NCBI GenBank assembly: GCA_965213675.1
Contig: OZ243916.1
Span: 1,856,001-1,920,000, forward strand
Direction: 5' to 3'
From: an uncultured Candidatus Binatia bacterium
Lineage (GTDB): Bacteria > Desulfobacterota > Binatia > UBA9968 > JAJDTQ01
Length of the DNA stretch: 64,000 bases
Below, piece by piece: positions 8,399-18,617 of the stretch (position 1 is its first letter; each line of letters starts with the position of its first letter). A program made the position numbers and the translations under genes. Below the pieces are notes generated by a model. The model was not told the origin of the DNA. It did no database searches and saw only the letters and a program-made list of their open reading frames with translations.

Positions 8399-10543
8399 CT
8401 ATCCCAACAGCCCGGCGCCCCGCGCCCACCGGTACTTGGCGCCCAGAATGGCCACCGGCAGCTCGGTGGTGTACGGGCACGCGACGATGCCGCGTTCATA
8501 CAGGTACTCCGAGGCTTCCTCCACCTGCACGTCGCCCACCAGCGACACCACCACCGGCTTGTCGATGCCCTTGTCGCGCCCTTCCTGCACCACCCGGGCG
8601 CACAACTCGGCGAACACCATGGGCGGGGTGATGATGGTGTGCCAGTAGCCCAGGATGAGCGCATGGATGCGGTCGTCCTCCAGGCCGTAGCGGATGGTGC
8701 GTTCATAGGTGGCGGGTGGCTCGCCGCCGGTGATGTCCACCGGATTGCCCGAGGCGCCGAAGGGCGGGATGAATTGCTTGAAGCCCTCGTCCAGATCCTG
8801 TGGGAACTGCATGAGAGAGAGGCCGTTGGCCACCACCGCGTCGGACAACAGCACGCCGGAGCCACCGGCGCCGGTGATGATGACGATCTCCTCGCCCTTG
8901 GGCGCAGGCAGCACCGACAGACCCCGGGCGAACTGAAGCATGTCGTTGAGGGAGTAGGCGCGCACCACGCCGCAGGCCTTGAGCAGGTCGTCGTAGACCT
9001 TGTCGTCCCCCGCCAGGGCGCCGGTGTGCGAGGCCGCGGCGCGGGCGCCGAGTTGGGTGCGCCCCGCCTTGAGCATAACCACGGGCTTCTTCTTCGACAC
9101 GCGCTTGGCCACCTCGTAGAAACTGCGCCCGTCCTTCAGGTCCTCGGCGTGCATGGCCACGACCTGGGTGTGGTCGTCCTGCTCGAAGTAGGTGAGCAGA
9201 TCGTCCTCGTCCAGGTCCGACTTGTTCCCCAAGCCGACGATGGCCGAGACTCCCAGCCGGGTGGAGCGGCTGAAACCGATAATCGACATGCCCACGCCGC
9301 CGCTCTGGGACGACAGCGCCACCGGCCCCTGGACGTCGTAGGGCGTGCAGAATGTGGCGCACAGGTTGGCGGGCGTGTAGTAGAAGCCGTAGATGTTGGG
9401 TCCCATGACGCGCACATTGTGCTTGCGCGCCTCCGCCAGGAGTTCTTCCTGAAGCTCCTTCTCGCCCACCTCGGCAAAGCCCGACGGAATCATCACCGCG
9501 CCGGGGATGCCCTTCTGCCCCACCTCGGTCATGGCCGCGGCGCAGAACTTCGCCGGCACCGCGAAGATGGCCACGTCCACATCCCCGGGGATGTCCTTGA
9601 CGCTCTTGTAGCACTGCTTGCCGAGGATCTCGTCGGCGCGGGGATTGATGGGGTAGAGGGCGCCGGCGTAGCCGCCGTTGATGATGTTCTTCATCACGGA
9701 GTTGCCGATCTTCCCTTCCCCGTCCGAAGCGCCGATGACCGCCACCGCCTTGGGATTCATGATGCGCCGCATGGCCGAGACGATGGCGTCCCGGGACGGC
9801 CGGTAGGGCTCGGGCCGGGGCGTGAAGTCCACGGTCATGACGCTGTCCACCGCCGTGGCGCCGCCGGCATCCGCCAGCACCGGGTTCAGGTCCACCTCGC
9901 GGATCTCGGGAAAGTCGCTTACCAGTTCCGAGACGCCCACGATGATGTTCGCAAGGGCTCCCTTGTCCACCGCGGCCGCGCCCCGGACGCCCCCGAGAAC
10001 CTCCGCCGCGGCCACCCCGTCCAGCATGGAAAGGGCGTCTTCACGGCTGGCCGGCGCCAGCCTGAAGGTCACGTCCCGCAGCACCTCCACCAGCACCCCT
10101 CCCAACCCGAAGGCCACCACCTTGCCGAAGCTCGGATCGGTCACCGCGCCGACGATGACCTCGACGCCCTTGCCCGACACCTGCTGTTGCACATGCACGC
10201 CGCTGAGCACCGCGTCGGCCTTGTAGGCCCGGGCGTTTTTCATAATGGAGAGATAGATCCGCTCCGCCTGTTCCCTGTCCGCCACCCCCACGCGCACGCC
10301 GCCGGCCTCGGTCTTGTGCAGGATATCCTCCGAAACGATCTTCATCACCACCGGGAAACCGATGTTTTCGGCCAGTTCGGCGGCGTCCGCCGCCGACTGA
10401 GCCACGCCTTCGCGCGGCAGCGGCACCCCGTAGGCACGCAGAACCGCGCTGGATTCCAGAGGCGCAAGCGCTTTCCGACCCTCGGTTCTCACGCGTTCCA
10501 GCACGGAGCGCACCTGTTCTTGCCGGTTCGGTTCTGCCTGCAT
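8399..10543 (-). CDS. NDP-forming acyl-CoA ligase (acetate-CoA ligase family), ATP-grasp domain N-terminal to CoA-binding domain
   Basis: FPVVMKIVSEDILHKTEAGGV, DPSFGKVVAFGLGG, AVIGAS, SQSGG and AASHTGALAG (phospho-His); start MQAEPN after AAGGAG RBS. Confidence 0.88.
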   Translation of the reverse strand: MQAEPNRQEQVRSVLERVRTEGRKALAPLESSAVLRAYGVPLPREGVAQSAADAAELAENIGFPVVMKIVSEDILHKTEAGGVRVGVADREQAERIYLSIMKNARAYKADAVLSGVHVQQQVSGKGVEVIVGAVTDPSFGKVVAFGLGGVLVEVLRDVTFRLAPASREDALSMLDGVAAAEVLGGVRGAAAVDKGALANIIVGVSELVSDFPEIREVDLNPVLADAGGATAVDSVMTVDFTPRPEPYRPSRDAIVSAMRRIMNPKAVAVIGASDGEGKIGNSVMKNIINGGYAGALYPINPRADEILGKQCYKSVKDIPGDVDVAIFAVPAKFCAAAMTEVGQKGIPGAVMIPSGFAEVGEKELQEELLAEARKHNVRVMGPNIYGFYYTPANLCATFCTPYDVQGPVALSSQSGGVGMSIIGFSRSTRLGVSAIVGLGNKSDLDEDDLLTYFEQDDHTQVVAMHAEDLKDGRSFYEVAKRVSKKKPVVMLKAGRTQLGARAAASHTGALAGDDKVYDDLLKACGVVRAYSLNDMLQFARGLSVLPAPKGEEIVIITGAGGSGVLLSDAVVANGLSLMQFPQDLDEGFKQFIPPFGASGNPVDITGGEPPATYERTIRYGLEDDRIHALILGYWHTIITPPMVFAELCARVVQEGRDKGIDKPVVVSLVGDVQVEEASEYLYERGIVACPYTTELPVAILGAKYRWARGAGLLG

Positions 10544-10744
10544 GGCCTGGGGTCTCCTTGTCTCGACCGGTCCCGTCCCACAAACGCCTACGTGTCCCGC
10601 GCTTTCCGGTAACTCCGTTGCCGCCCCGTTGCCGTCTCCAGGGTGAATCCTGCGTATCGGTTCCACCGGCCAAGGTCAAGCTAACTTGATCGGCTCGCCG
10701 CCGCCTCGGGAACCGCAATGATGGCTCCCTTGGAGCTGTCATGC

Positions 10745-10774
10745 TTGACAGCGCGATTTTCCCCCGCATAAGTT
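10745..10774 (+). promoter_or_regulatory. Putative sigma70 promoter for the kpsS-like gene
   Basis: TTGACA, 18-nt spacer, TAAGTT; about 20 bp before the start. Confidence 0.4.
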
Positions 10775-10793
10775 CCCACGAGGAGGTTCGCCG

Positions 10794-11930
10794 TTGCGTC
10801 GAGTCCTGCTCGTCTACAATTCACCGCGTGTCAAGAAATATTTCTCCTTCCTGAGATCGAACATCTTGTCGCCGGAGGTCGTCTGTTGCAGGGTCTCCTT
10901 CCGCTGGTCGACCTCCCGGCTGCCGAGCCGGAGCGTGGAGGAGATCGTCGACTACGGCATGCGCCGCAAGGAGGCCCGCGCGCGCTACGGTCCTGCCCGT
11001 CTCGCGTTTTTTCGGCGCGCGTACCACGCGGCGGCCGAACTCCACTACCATCAGGTGACCCACGCCATCAGACGGCTGCGCCCTGACGCGGTCGGGGTCT
11101 GGGGAGGCAACACCGTGGACGCGAAGGCCGTGGTGGTCGCGGCGCGGGACGCCATGCTCCCGTGTTTCCGTTTCGAGAATGGCTTTCTTCCCAACACGAC
11201 GCAAATGGATACACACGGCGTCAACGCCGAGTCCTCGGTGCCGCGTGACGAGGGATTCTACCTGAACCGGGCCACCATGGCGGACACCGAGGTGCCGTAC
11301 ACGCCGTCCACGAGATTGCCCCGGAGAGCCAAGCGGGACCTGCCGCCGGTGCCCCTTCCCGGGCGTTACCTGTTCGTCCCGTTCCAGGTGCGCCTCGATA
11401 GTCAAATCATTCTGCACTCTCCCTGGATCCGCGACATGCGCCAATTGTTCGACACCCTGGTCCGGTGCGCTCGCCGCGTGTCCGGCGGTCCGGTGCTGGT
11501 GTTCAAGGAGCATCCGAGTTGCCCCATGCGTTATCCCGAGTTGCACCGGGAAGCGTCTCGGCTTGAGCACGTCTCCTTCGCAAACGGCAATCCCACCGAG
11601 GCGTTGATCCGCAACGCCGTTGGCGTCATCACGATCAACTCGACCGTCGGCGCCGAGAGCCTGCTGCTGTCCAAACCGGTACTGGCGCTGGGAAACGCGG
11701 TCTACGAGGTGCCGGGAGTGGCGTCGTCGGCGCGCTCCGAGGACGCGGTGGTGCAATGGATCGAAGACGTGTGGGCCGGCCGCCCTCCGGCCGCGCCGCT
11801 GCGAAACCGCTATCTCCGATTCCTGAACGAAGAATATCTGATCCCCGAGCGGCATCAGGACCCCGGTCCCCGACACGCCGGCGCGGTCAGGGAGCGCTGG
11901 ACGGCACCCGACCGGTTCACATGGGGATAG
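10794..11930 (+). CDS. kpsS: Capsule biosynthesis protein, KpsS-like (Capsule_synth family)
   Basis: FENGFLP, GVNAESS, FVPFQVRLDSQI, FKEHP and TINSTVGAESL motifs. Confidence 0.7.
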   Translation: MRRVLLVYNSPRVKKYFSFLRSNILSPEVVCCRVSFRWSTSRLPSRSVEEIVDYGMRRKEARARYGPARLAFFRRAYHAAAELHYHQVTHAIRRLRPDAVGVWGGNTVDAKAVVVAARDAMLPCFRFENGFLPNTTQMDTHGVNAESSVPRDEGFYLNRATMADTEVPYTPSTRLPRRAKRDLPPVPLPGRYLFVPFQVRLDSQIILHSPWIRDMRQLFDTLVRCARRVSGGPVLVFKEHPSCPMRYPELHREASRLEHVSFANGNPTEALIRNAVGVITINSTVGAESLLLSKPVLALGNAVYEVPGVASSARSEDAVVQWIEDVWAGRPPAAPLRNRYLRFLNEEYLIPERHQDPGPRHAGAVRERWTAPDRFTWG

Positions 11931-12038
11931 CGGTGGTATTGGATCGTCCGCGAAAATCGGACAACGTGCAACGGCGCATTGCACAGAACACGCTGAAGAC
12001 AGCACGCCGAAGAAGAATGCCCGGTTCACCGGAGCCTG

Positions 12039-12938
12039 TCAGCGACGAGAGGCTGAATACTCCCGGCATCTCCGCATGAGCGTTCGAAGCTTTCCCGCCA
12101 CCGAACCCTCCCGATACCGGCCCTTGACGGCATGGCGAATCTGACAGACACCCGAAATATCAAGCGGCGTGCCGTCGGTGCCCAGGAGCCACCGGAACGC
12201 CCGATCCTCGTAGGTCTTGCGCCAACGCGGCGCAGGCCGTTGATAGAAACCGATGGAGGCGCAGTAACCAAGAGCCCGAGCCACGTCTCCATGCGTAATC
12301 TGGAAGGGGCCCTTCGCCTTGTGATGGATTCCGTTGTGCGGGTGAAAGGCGCTGATCGGGACTTCTCTCACGGCGGGGGCCGCGCGGCCCTGCACCAATA
12401 TCTCGTGGTCCTCGGGCAGCAACGACGTACCCAGAATCGTCCTGGGATGCACCAAAGGGTCATCTCTTCCCTGCAACACCTCCGCCAGCGTGCTGAGACA
12501 GTCCTCATGGAAGAGAATGTCGGCGTCGGTGAACCAGATCCAATCGGCCTTTGTCGCCCGCGCGGCGAGATTCCGTCCGATGCTGCGGCGGAAAAGCTCC
12601 TGTGGCGGCAGCGGCCGCCAGCGCCAGGAGACGCCGGGCACGTCGATATCGTCGAAATAGCGTAGCACCCGCAAGACTGATTCGTCCTGGGGGGCGTGAT
12701 ACACGGTCATGGTCACATCGAGTTCGTCACAGCGGTGGTTGACGAGGGAACTGAGCTGATAGGTGAGAAAATGGCCATACCGCCAGCAATGCGTCACGAT
12801 CTCGAGAGACAATCTTCCTTTGCGTCTGGCTTTCACCACGCTGGCCGGATTGGTGTCGCGAAACCACGAAGCGGGAAGCACTCCGCTCGCGGCCAGATGA
12901 TACAACAACGTGGAGGCGCTATGGATGAACTCTGACAC
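12039..12938 (-). CDS. Glycosyltransferase family 2 (GT-A fold)
   Basis: RSIGRNLAARATKADWIWFTDAD (DxD) and YEDRAF; likely GTG start overlapping the upstream TAG. Confidence 0.75.
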   Translation of the reverse strand: MSEFIHSASTLLYHLAASGVLPASWFRDTNPASVVKARRKGRLSLEIVTHCWRYGHFLTYQLSSLVNHRCDELDVTMTVYHAPQDESVLRVLRYFDDIDVPGVSWRWRPLPPQELFRRSIGRNLAARATKADWIWFTDADILFHEDCLSTLAEVLQGRDDPLVHPRTILGTSLLPEDHEILVQGRAAPAVREVPISAFHPHNGIHHKAKGPFQITHGDVARALGYCASIGFYQRPAPRWRKTYEDRAFRWLLGTDGTPLDISGVCQIRHAVKGRYREGSVAGKLRTLMRRCREYSASRR

Positions 12939-14224
12939 TAAGCGCCTTCTCCCGCCCGACCCACATCCGCGCAATCCCACGGCGTTGATCGGTTCACACC
13001 ACCGGATGCAACGGCCTGGATGAGTCGTTCGTAGGCGGTGACCGCCGCGTTCACGGAAAAGTCCTCCGCCCTGCGCCGCAAGACCTCCTTGTCCGGTGGC
13101 TTGTCGAGGACCTGCTCCATGGCCTTGGCCAACCCGGCATCATCTCCCACCGCCACCAAAGGACCGAGCTTGCCGTCCAGAAGTATCTCCGCAGGACCAG
13201 ACGGACAATTCGTGCTGACGCTCGGACACCCGCACGCCAACGCCTCCACCAGCACCATGGACAGCCCTTCGTAGATGGACGAAACGACAAACAGCGAGGC
13301 ATTGGCCATATACACAAACGGGTCATCCACCCATCCGGCGAGGGAGACGCGATCCGCAAGTCCCAGCCGGCGCACAAGCGCTTGGAGCTTCTTCCTTTGC
13401 CTTCCCTCGCCCAGAATAATCAGACGGCATGGGCGGCGCGCCGCAAGTCGAGCGAATGCCTTGACAAGGGTCGGAAAATCCTTGGCCCTTTGAAGCCGTC
13501 CCGCGGCAAGCACGGTCGGCACACCCTCGTCTTGCAGCCACGGATGACTCGGAGACGCCGCCACTCCGCCAACCAGCGCTCCGGTAACCACCGGATTGTT
13601 GATCGCAGTGACATCCCTGGAAGACACTCCCACAAGACGCCTGAGTGCGTCGCAGGCACCGTGTGACACACCGACGAAATGCGCTGCCTGGCCGGCCATA
13701 TGCCGCAATCGGCACAGGTCCCTTGTCCCCCGATACTCATAATTGTTGTGAATGATCGGGATGATCGGTGGATGCGTCCCGAGGAACCGACCCGCCATGA
13801 GAGTGGCGATCTTTGCAAGAGGGAGGCTCGGCAACACACAGTCGGGACGTTCGCGGGCGATGTAGGACGCGATGGCGCGGGTGAAATTCAGCAGTCTCAG
13901 GTCGGGCCGACAACGCAAGAGGTCCCATTTGAAGGCGCGCCCGACATCAAGCCAGTTGGCTCTTCCGAATCCCCCGGGTAGCTGTCGCAGCCGAGCACCC
14001 CTCGGCGACGTGTCCTTGTTCGGAAGCCGGCCGCGGAGTTTGTCCACAAAGAACAGCCGGGCGTCCGCGGGAACCTTCAGCGAATCGTGAAGCACCGGGA
14101 GACGGAGTACGATATCGACCTGGTGACCGCGGTCGGCGAAACCCTGAGCCAGATTGAGCACCACCCGTTCCGCGCCTCCGCCCTTGAGACTGGGAATGAC
14201 CAAGGCGATATGCATAGGCGTCAC
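12938..14224 (-). CDS. Glycosyltransferase family 4 (GT-B, WabH-like)
   Basis: GGGAERV, AGRLQRAKDFPTL and SIYEGLSMVLVEALACG (Ex7E motif). Confidence 0.9.
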   Translation of the reverse strand: MTPMHIALVIPSLKGGGAERVVLNLAQGFADRGHQVDIVLRLPVLHDSLKVPADARLFFVDKLRGRLPNKDTSPRGARLRQLPGGFGRANWLDVGRAFKWDLLRCRPDLRLLNFTRAIASYIARERPDCVLPSLPLAKIATLMAGRFLGTHPPIIPIIHNNYEYRGTRDLCRLRHMAGQAAHFVGVSHGACDALRRLVGVSSRDVTAINNPVVTGALVGGVAASPSHPWLQDEGVPTVLAAGRLQRAKDFPTLVKAFARLAARRPCRLIILGEGRQRKKLQALVRRLGLADRVSLAGWVDDPFVYMANASLFVVSSIYEGLSMVLVEALACGCPSVSTNCPSGPAEILLDGKLGPLVAVGDDAGLAKAMEQVLDKPPDKEVLRRRAEDFSVNAAVTAYERLIQAVASGGVNRSTPWDCADVGRAGEGA

Positions 14225-14348
14225 TACGATGGGTCCCCGGAACCGGGGCTATGGAACAGTCTCGCCGGCAGAGGCGCGGGGTCGCCTCGGTCACCCCATG
14301 CCTGCCGGCATGCAGACACCTCACAACGCGCGCCGGCAATGGCGCGCT

Positions 14349-15140
14349 TCACGCGCGCTTGGCCAGAGGCAGGGCGGCATCGCGCCGGTCTGCGCGCACC
14401 TGCTGCCTGAAGGAAAGGTATTTGCTCACGCCCCGCGCAACCCCCGTGACAGTACGCCGCCACGGGCCAATCGTGTAGTTGGCCGCGGGCTCGTTGCGGC
14501 TCGACACCGAACGACTCGTGCCGATGAACGTCCCCTCGTATCCACCGTGATGGACCACCGGCGGATCCACGTAGAATACGTTGAGGCCGTTGGTCCAATG
14601 GCGCAACATGGCATGATCCGATGACAGAACCATCTTCGGCGTGGTCTCCAGAAAATGCCTTGCAGCCCTCCGTGTAATCACAAGTCCCTCGGTCCCACTA
14701 TCGGAGTAGCGTACTCTCCCGGCGGTATGTTGACTTGTCAAGCGGGCGCAAGGATAATAACGCCGTCGAGGATGTCGTCTATGCAACGCGACGACGTCAA
14801 ACCCGAACGTCTCTTCATCGAGGGCCTCCAGAACGCCGGGCAGTGAAGACTCAAGACGTGCATCATCTTCGAACAGCCCCAACCGTTCGGGCCCGTGCTC
14901 CACGAGTTCCGCCAGGACCTCCCGTCGGGTCAACCAGTTGGCGATGGCGCCATCGGCCGGCGGACCCATCCCCGATCGCCGCCGGCTCTCCCAGTCGACC
15001 TGCGAGAGTTGGGCCTGGGTCAGGGCCCGACCGTCGATGGCTTCCTTGATCTCGAATGTGAGCCCCACCGCAGCGAATTCCCGTGCCATCCGCTGACGCC
15101 GCTCGGCGGCGCGCTTGAGATTGATGACGATAATGCGCAT
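14349..15140 (-). CDS. Glycosyltransferase family 25 (LOS/LPS biosynthesis-like)
   Basis: VINLKRAAERR, AIDG, LFEDDA and GTEGLVITRRAA. Confidence 0.85.
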   Translation of the reverse strand: MRIIVINLKRAAERRQRMAREFAAVGLTFEIKEAIDGRALTQAQLSQVDWESRRRSGMGPPADGAIANWLTRREVLAELVEHGPERLGLFEDDARLESSLPGVLEALDEETFGFDVVALHRRHPRRRYYPCARLTSQHTAGRVRYSDSGTEGLVITRRAARHFLETTPKMVLSSDHAMLRHWTNGLNVFYVDPPVVHHGGYEGTFIGTSRSVSSRNEPAANYTIGPWRRTVTGVARGVSKYLSFRQQVRADRRDAALPLAKRA

Positions 15141-15173
15141 GCGTACATTCCGTGTTCACAATCGCCGGGGCGG

Positions 15174-16412
15174 TCACCGGGTGAACGCCCCGGCGCTCCG
15201 GAGCGCCGCGATCTCGCCGGCGTCGTAGCCAAGGACCTCGTGCAGGACCTCGTCGGTGTGCTCGCCCAGGAGCGGCGAACGTTTCACTTCCACGGGCGAG
15301 TCCGAGAGCTTGATGGGGCAGCCGACGTTGTGCCACTTGCCACGCTCGGGATGGTCCACCTCGACCATCATCTCGCGTAGCTGGACGTGCTCGTCGTGGG
15401 ACAGGTCCTGGGTGCTCATGATCGGGCCGCAGGGAACGTCGAGGTCGTTCAAAATCTCCATCAGTTCCCATTTGGTGTAGTCGCGCGCGAACTCCGTGAG
15501 CAGGCGCCACATCTCGGCCTGATTGGCGCGGCGGACGTCGATATCGACGAAGCGCGGGTCGCGGCTGAGGGCTTCGCCGCCGATGCGTGTGGCGAGAGCG
15601 GTCCACACATGTTCCTGCACCACCACGTAGAGCCAGTCGTTGGCGCCGCCGGGCTTGCACGGAATGGCGTTGCCGAGTTGGCCGCCGCCCGAGTCGTTGC
15701 CCGCCCGGGGGGTGAAGTCCTCGAATTCCTGCACCGAGTACTCCGCCAGCGGGCCATGCTCGATGCGCTGGTGGTCGCGGAACTTGACCCGGCAGAGATT
15801 CATGACGCAGTCCATCATGGCGCACTCGACGTACTGGCCGCGGCCGGTGCGTTCGCGCTGAAGCAAGGCCGCGAGGATTCCGGCCAGCAGATGCACGCCC
15901 GTGCCGGAGTCGCCGATCTGAGCGCCGGTGACCACCGGCGGGCCGTCGAACATGCCGCTGGTGCTCATGGCCCCGCCCATGGCCTGGGCCACGTTCTCAT
16001 AGGCCTTGAAGGCGGCGTACGGCCCCGCGCTGCCGAACCCCTTGATGGAGCCCATGATCATCCGCGGGTTCAACGCGCGCACCGTCTCCCAGCCGAACCC
16101 GAGACGCTCCAGCACGCCCGGGCCGAAGTTTTCCAGCAACACGTCGCACGCCTTCACCAGCCGGGTGAAAACTTCCTTGCCCTGGGGGTGCTTCAGGTTC
16201 ACCGTGATGGAGCGCTTGTTGCAGTTCAGCATGGTGAAGTAGAGGCTGTCGGCGTCGGGGATGTCCCGGAGCTGCTTGCGCGTGGCGTCGCCCGCGGGCG
16301 ACTCGAGCTTGATCACATCGGCGCCGAGGAAAGCCATGAGCTGACTCGAGGTGGGACCTGCCTGGACATGGGTCATGTCCAGGATGCGAATGCCGGAGAG
16401 TGCCTTGTCCAT
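15174..16412 (-). CDS. frc: Formyl-CoA:oxalate CoA-transferase (family III)
   Basis: DMTHVQAGP, DSLYFTMLNCNKRS, KAYENVAQ, GDSGTG (catalytic Asp) and RAGNDSGGGQ glycine loop. Confidence 0.92.
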   Translation of the reverse strand: MDKALSGIRILDMTHVQAGPTSSQLMAFLGADVIKLESPAGDATRKQLRDIPDADSLYFTMLNCNKRSITVNLKHPQGKEVFTRLVKACDVLLENFGPGVLERLGFGWETVRALNPRMIMGSIKGFGSAGPYAAFKAYENVAQAMGGAMSTSGMFDGPPVVTGAQIGDSGTGVHLLAGILAALLQRERTGRGQYVECAMMDCVMNLCRVKFRDHQRIEHGPLAEYSVQEFEDFTPRAGNDSGGGQLGNAIPCKPGGANDWLYVVVQEHVWTALATRIGGEALSRDPRFVDIDVRRANQAEMWRLLTEFARDYTKWELMEILNDLDVPCGPIMSTQDLSHDEHVQLREMMVEVDHPERGKWHNVGCPIKLSDSPVEVKRSPLLGEHTDEVLHEVLGYDAGEIAALRSAGAFTR

Positions 16413-16445
16413 GAAGTTTCCTGATTGCCTGTCGAAAGTGTTGCG

Positions 16446-18212
16446 CTACTTGTACATGGTCTGACGCCTGGTGCCGGGCGCCCACTCGCCTGCGTCCACC
16501 CAGATATTGACCACCGCCGATCTGCCGGTGGCGCGCACGGACTCCCGCGCCCGGCCCAGCGCCGGCGCGATCTCGCGGCAGTCGGTGACTTCCTCGCCGT
16601 AACCGCCGAGCATTTCGGCAAACCGGGAGAACGGCACGTCGCCCAGCAGGTTGCCGACGTTGCCGCGCTCTTGGCCGTACTTGGAAAGCTGGCCGTAGCG
16701 GATCTGGTTCATGGCCGAATTGTTGCCGATGACCGCGATGTAAGGGGCGTCGAAGCGGTTGGCGGTCTCCATGTCGAAGGCGGTCATGCCGAAGGAGCCG
16801 TCGCCGTAGTAGCACAGCACTTCCTTCCGGGGGTTTACGAGCTTGGACGCCAGCGCGAAACCCGTGCCTACGCCCAAGGCGCCCAGGGCGCCCGGATCCA
16901 TCCAGTTGCCCGGAGCCCGCGGCTCCACCGCCTGAGCGCTGATGGTCACCACGTCGCCGCCGTCGCCGATGTAGATGGTGTCCTCGGTGAGGAACTCGTT
17001 GAGTTCCCAGGCCACCCGGTAGGGATGGATGGGGTTGGCCTCGGACTGGAACAACGGCATGAGCCTGGCCGCCCGCTCCCCCTCGAGCCCGCGGAGGTGC
17101 GCCAGCCAGCGCGCGCGGCCCTCGGCGCCGTTGTCCGGCCGTTCGCCCACCGCCGCGTGCACCGCCTTGAGGATCGCGCCGGGATCGCCCACGAGCCCCA
17201 GGGAGACGTCGCGGTTTTTGGCCACCGTGCGGTAGTCCATGTCGATGTGGACGACCTGGGCGTCGGCGCGCAGCCGGCGGCCGTAGCCCATGCGGAAATC
17301 AAAGGGCGTGCCCACGATGACGATGACGTCGGCCTCGTTGAAGGCGTCGGCGCGGGTGCGGTTGAAGCCATGCGGGTCGCCCGGCGGCAGCACCCCGCGC
17401 GCCGCCCCGTTCATGTAGCACGGCACGTTGAGCGCCTTGAACAGCGCCGTGGCGGCCTCGTGGCCGCGACAGGTCCACACTTGCGTGCCCAGCAACACCG
17501 CCGGTCGCTCGGAACGCACCAGCAACTCCGCCAGCTTCTCCACGGCGGCTGGATCACCGATGGACCGGGTGGAGGCGCGGGAGCGCCCGGCCTCGGGCAC
17601 GACGGCCTTGTCCGCCGGCACCTCGCGGTCGAGCACGTCCCGGGGAATCTCCAGGTAGCTCGGTCCCGGAGCCCCGGCAAAGCACTCGCGCGCGGCCATG
17701 GCGACCATGTCGGCGATGCGCTCGGTGGAGCGCACGCTCGCCGAAAACTTGGTGATGGGCGCGGCGATGTCCACGTGCGGGAGATCCTGAAGCGAGCCCA
17801 TCTTGTGCTGAGTGAGCGCTCCTTGCCCGCCGATGTGCAGCACCGGGCTCTCGGACCGGAACGCCGTGGCGATGCCCGTGAGCGCGTTGGTGAAGCCTGG
17901 CCCCGCGGTCGTCACCACGCAGCCCAACCGGCCCGTCTGCCGGGCGTAGCCGTCCGCCGCGTGAGCCGCCACCTGCTCGTGGCGCACGTCCACCACGCGG
18001 ATGCCGTGGTCGATGCAACCGTCGTAGATGTCGATGATGTGGCCGCCGCACAGGGTGAAGATCGTGTCCACCCCCTCGTTCCTGAGGGCCGCCGCCACCA
18101 AATGGCCGCCGGAGACGACGTTCTCGTCCCGACTCTTCCGCGCCAGCGTGTCCTCCGCGGTGCTGGACATTCCCGATTGGGATGCCCTCTTGTCGTCTCC
18201 AGCCTTTTCCAT
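16446..18212 (-). CDS. oxc: ThDP-dependent enzyme, oxalyl-CoA decarboxylase / 2-hydroxyacyl-CoA lyase family
   Basis: DVRHEQVAAHAADGYAR, TAGPGFTNA, MDPGALGALGVG and the GDG..N ThDP motif; directly upstream of frc. Start is 18212 or 18170. Confidence 0.65.
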   Translation of the reverse strand: MEKAGDDKRASQSGMSSTAEDTLARKSRDENVVSGGHLVAAALRNEGVDTIFTLCGGHIIDIYDGCIDHGIRVVDVRHEQVAAHAADGYARQTGRLGCVVTTAGPGFTNALTGIATAFRSESPVLHIGGQGALTQHKMGSLQDLPHVDIAAPITKFSASVRSTERIADMVAMAARECFAGAPGPSYLEIPRDVLDREVPADKAVVPEAGRSRASTRSIGDPAAVEKLAELLVRSERPAVLLGTQVWTCRGHEAATALFKALNVPCYMNGAARGVLPPGDPHGFNRTRADAFNEADVIVIVGTPFDFRMGYGRRLRADAQVVHIDMDYRTVAKNRDVSLGLVGDPGAILKAVHAAVGERPDNGAEGRARWLAHLRGLEGERAARLMPLFQSEANPIHPYRVAWELNEFLTEDTIYIGDGGDVVTISAQAVEPRAPGNWMDPGALGALGVGTGFALASKLVNPRKEVLCYYGDGSFGMTAFDMETANRFDAPYIAVIGNNSAMNQIRYGQLSKYGQERGNVGNLLGDVPFSRFAEMLGGYGEEVTDCREIAPALGRARESVRATGRSAVVNIWVDAGEWAPGTRRQTMYK

Positions 18213-18617
18213 GGTTCCGTGTCCTCGCCGATGCGCAGGCGGCCGACTCACTCCGGTGCGGCGACTCGCAATCAGACCGAATTTAGTTAACTTTTGTGCG
18301 TTGCATCTGTCAATCAGACTTGGCGGCATGACCATTGCCGCGACAGGGCGACATGCGGCGCAGGGAGGGCGGCAAATGGAGTGGCGCCGCATGGGTGGAC
18401 AGCACAAGACGGTCGCCAGCAGCGTTGCAGGGTGTGCCGTCCCGCGTTGCCATTGAAACTACCGCGTTCCTCCCAGGCCTCTCCTTGCTTCCAGCTCATG
18501 CCACATTGGGGTAGAGTACGAATCGTACGGGCCGCGGTCCAGGAGCTTGCGGCGCAGGCTCCTGGACCGGGCCTGGAGGGGCGAACCCGCAAACGCCACA
18601 CACTTGCAGGACAGTCC

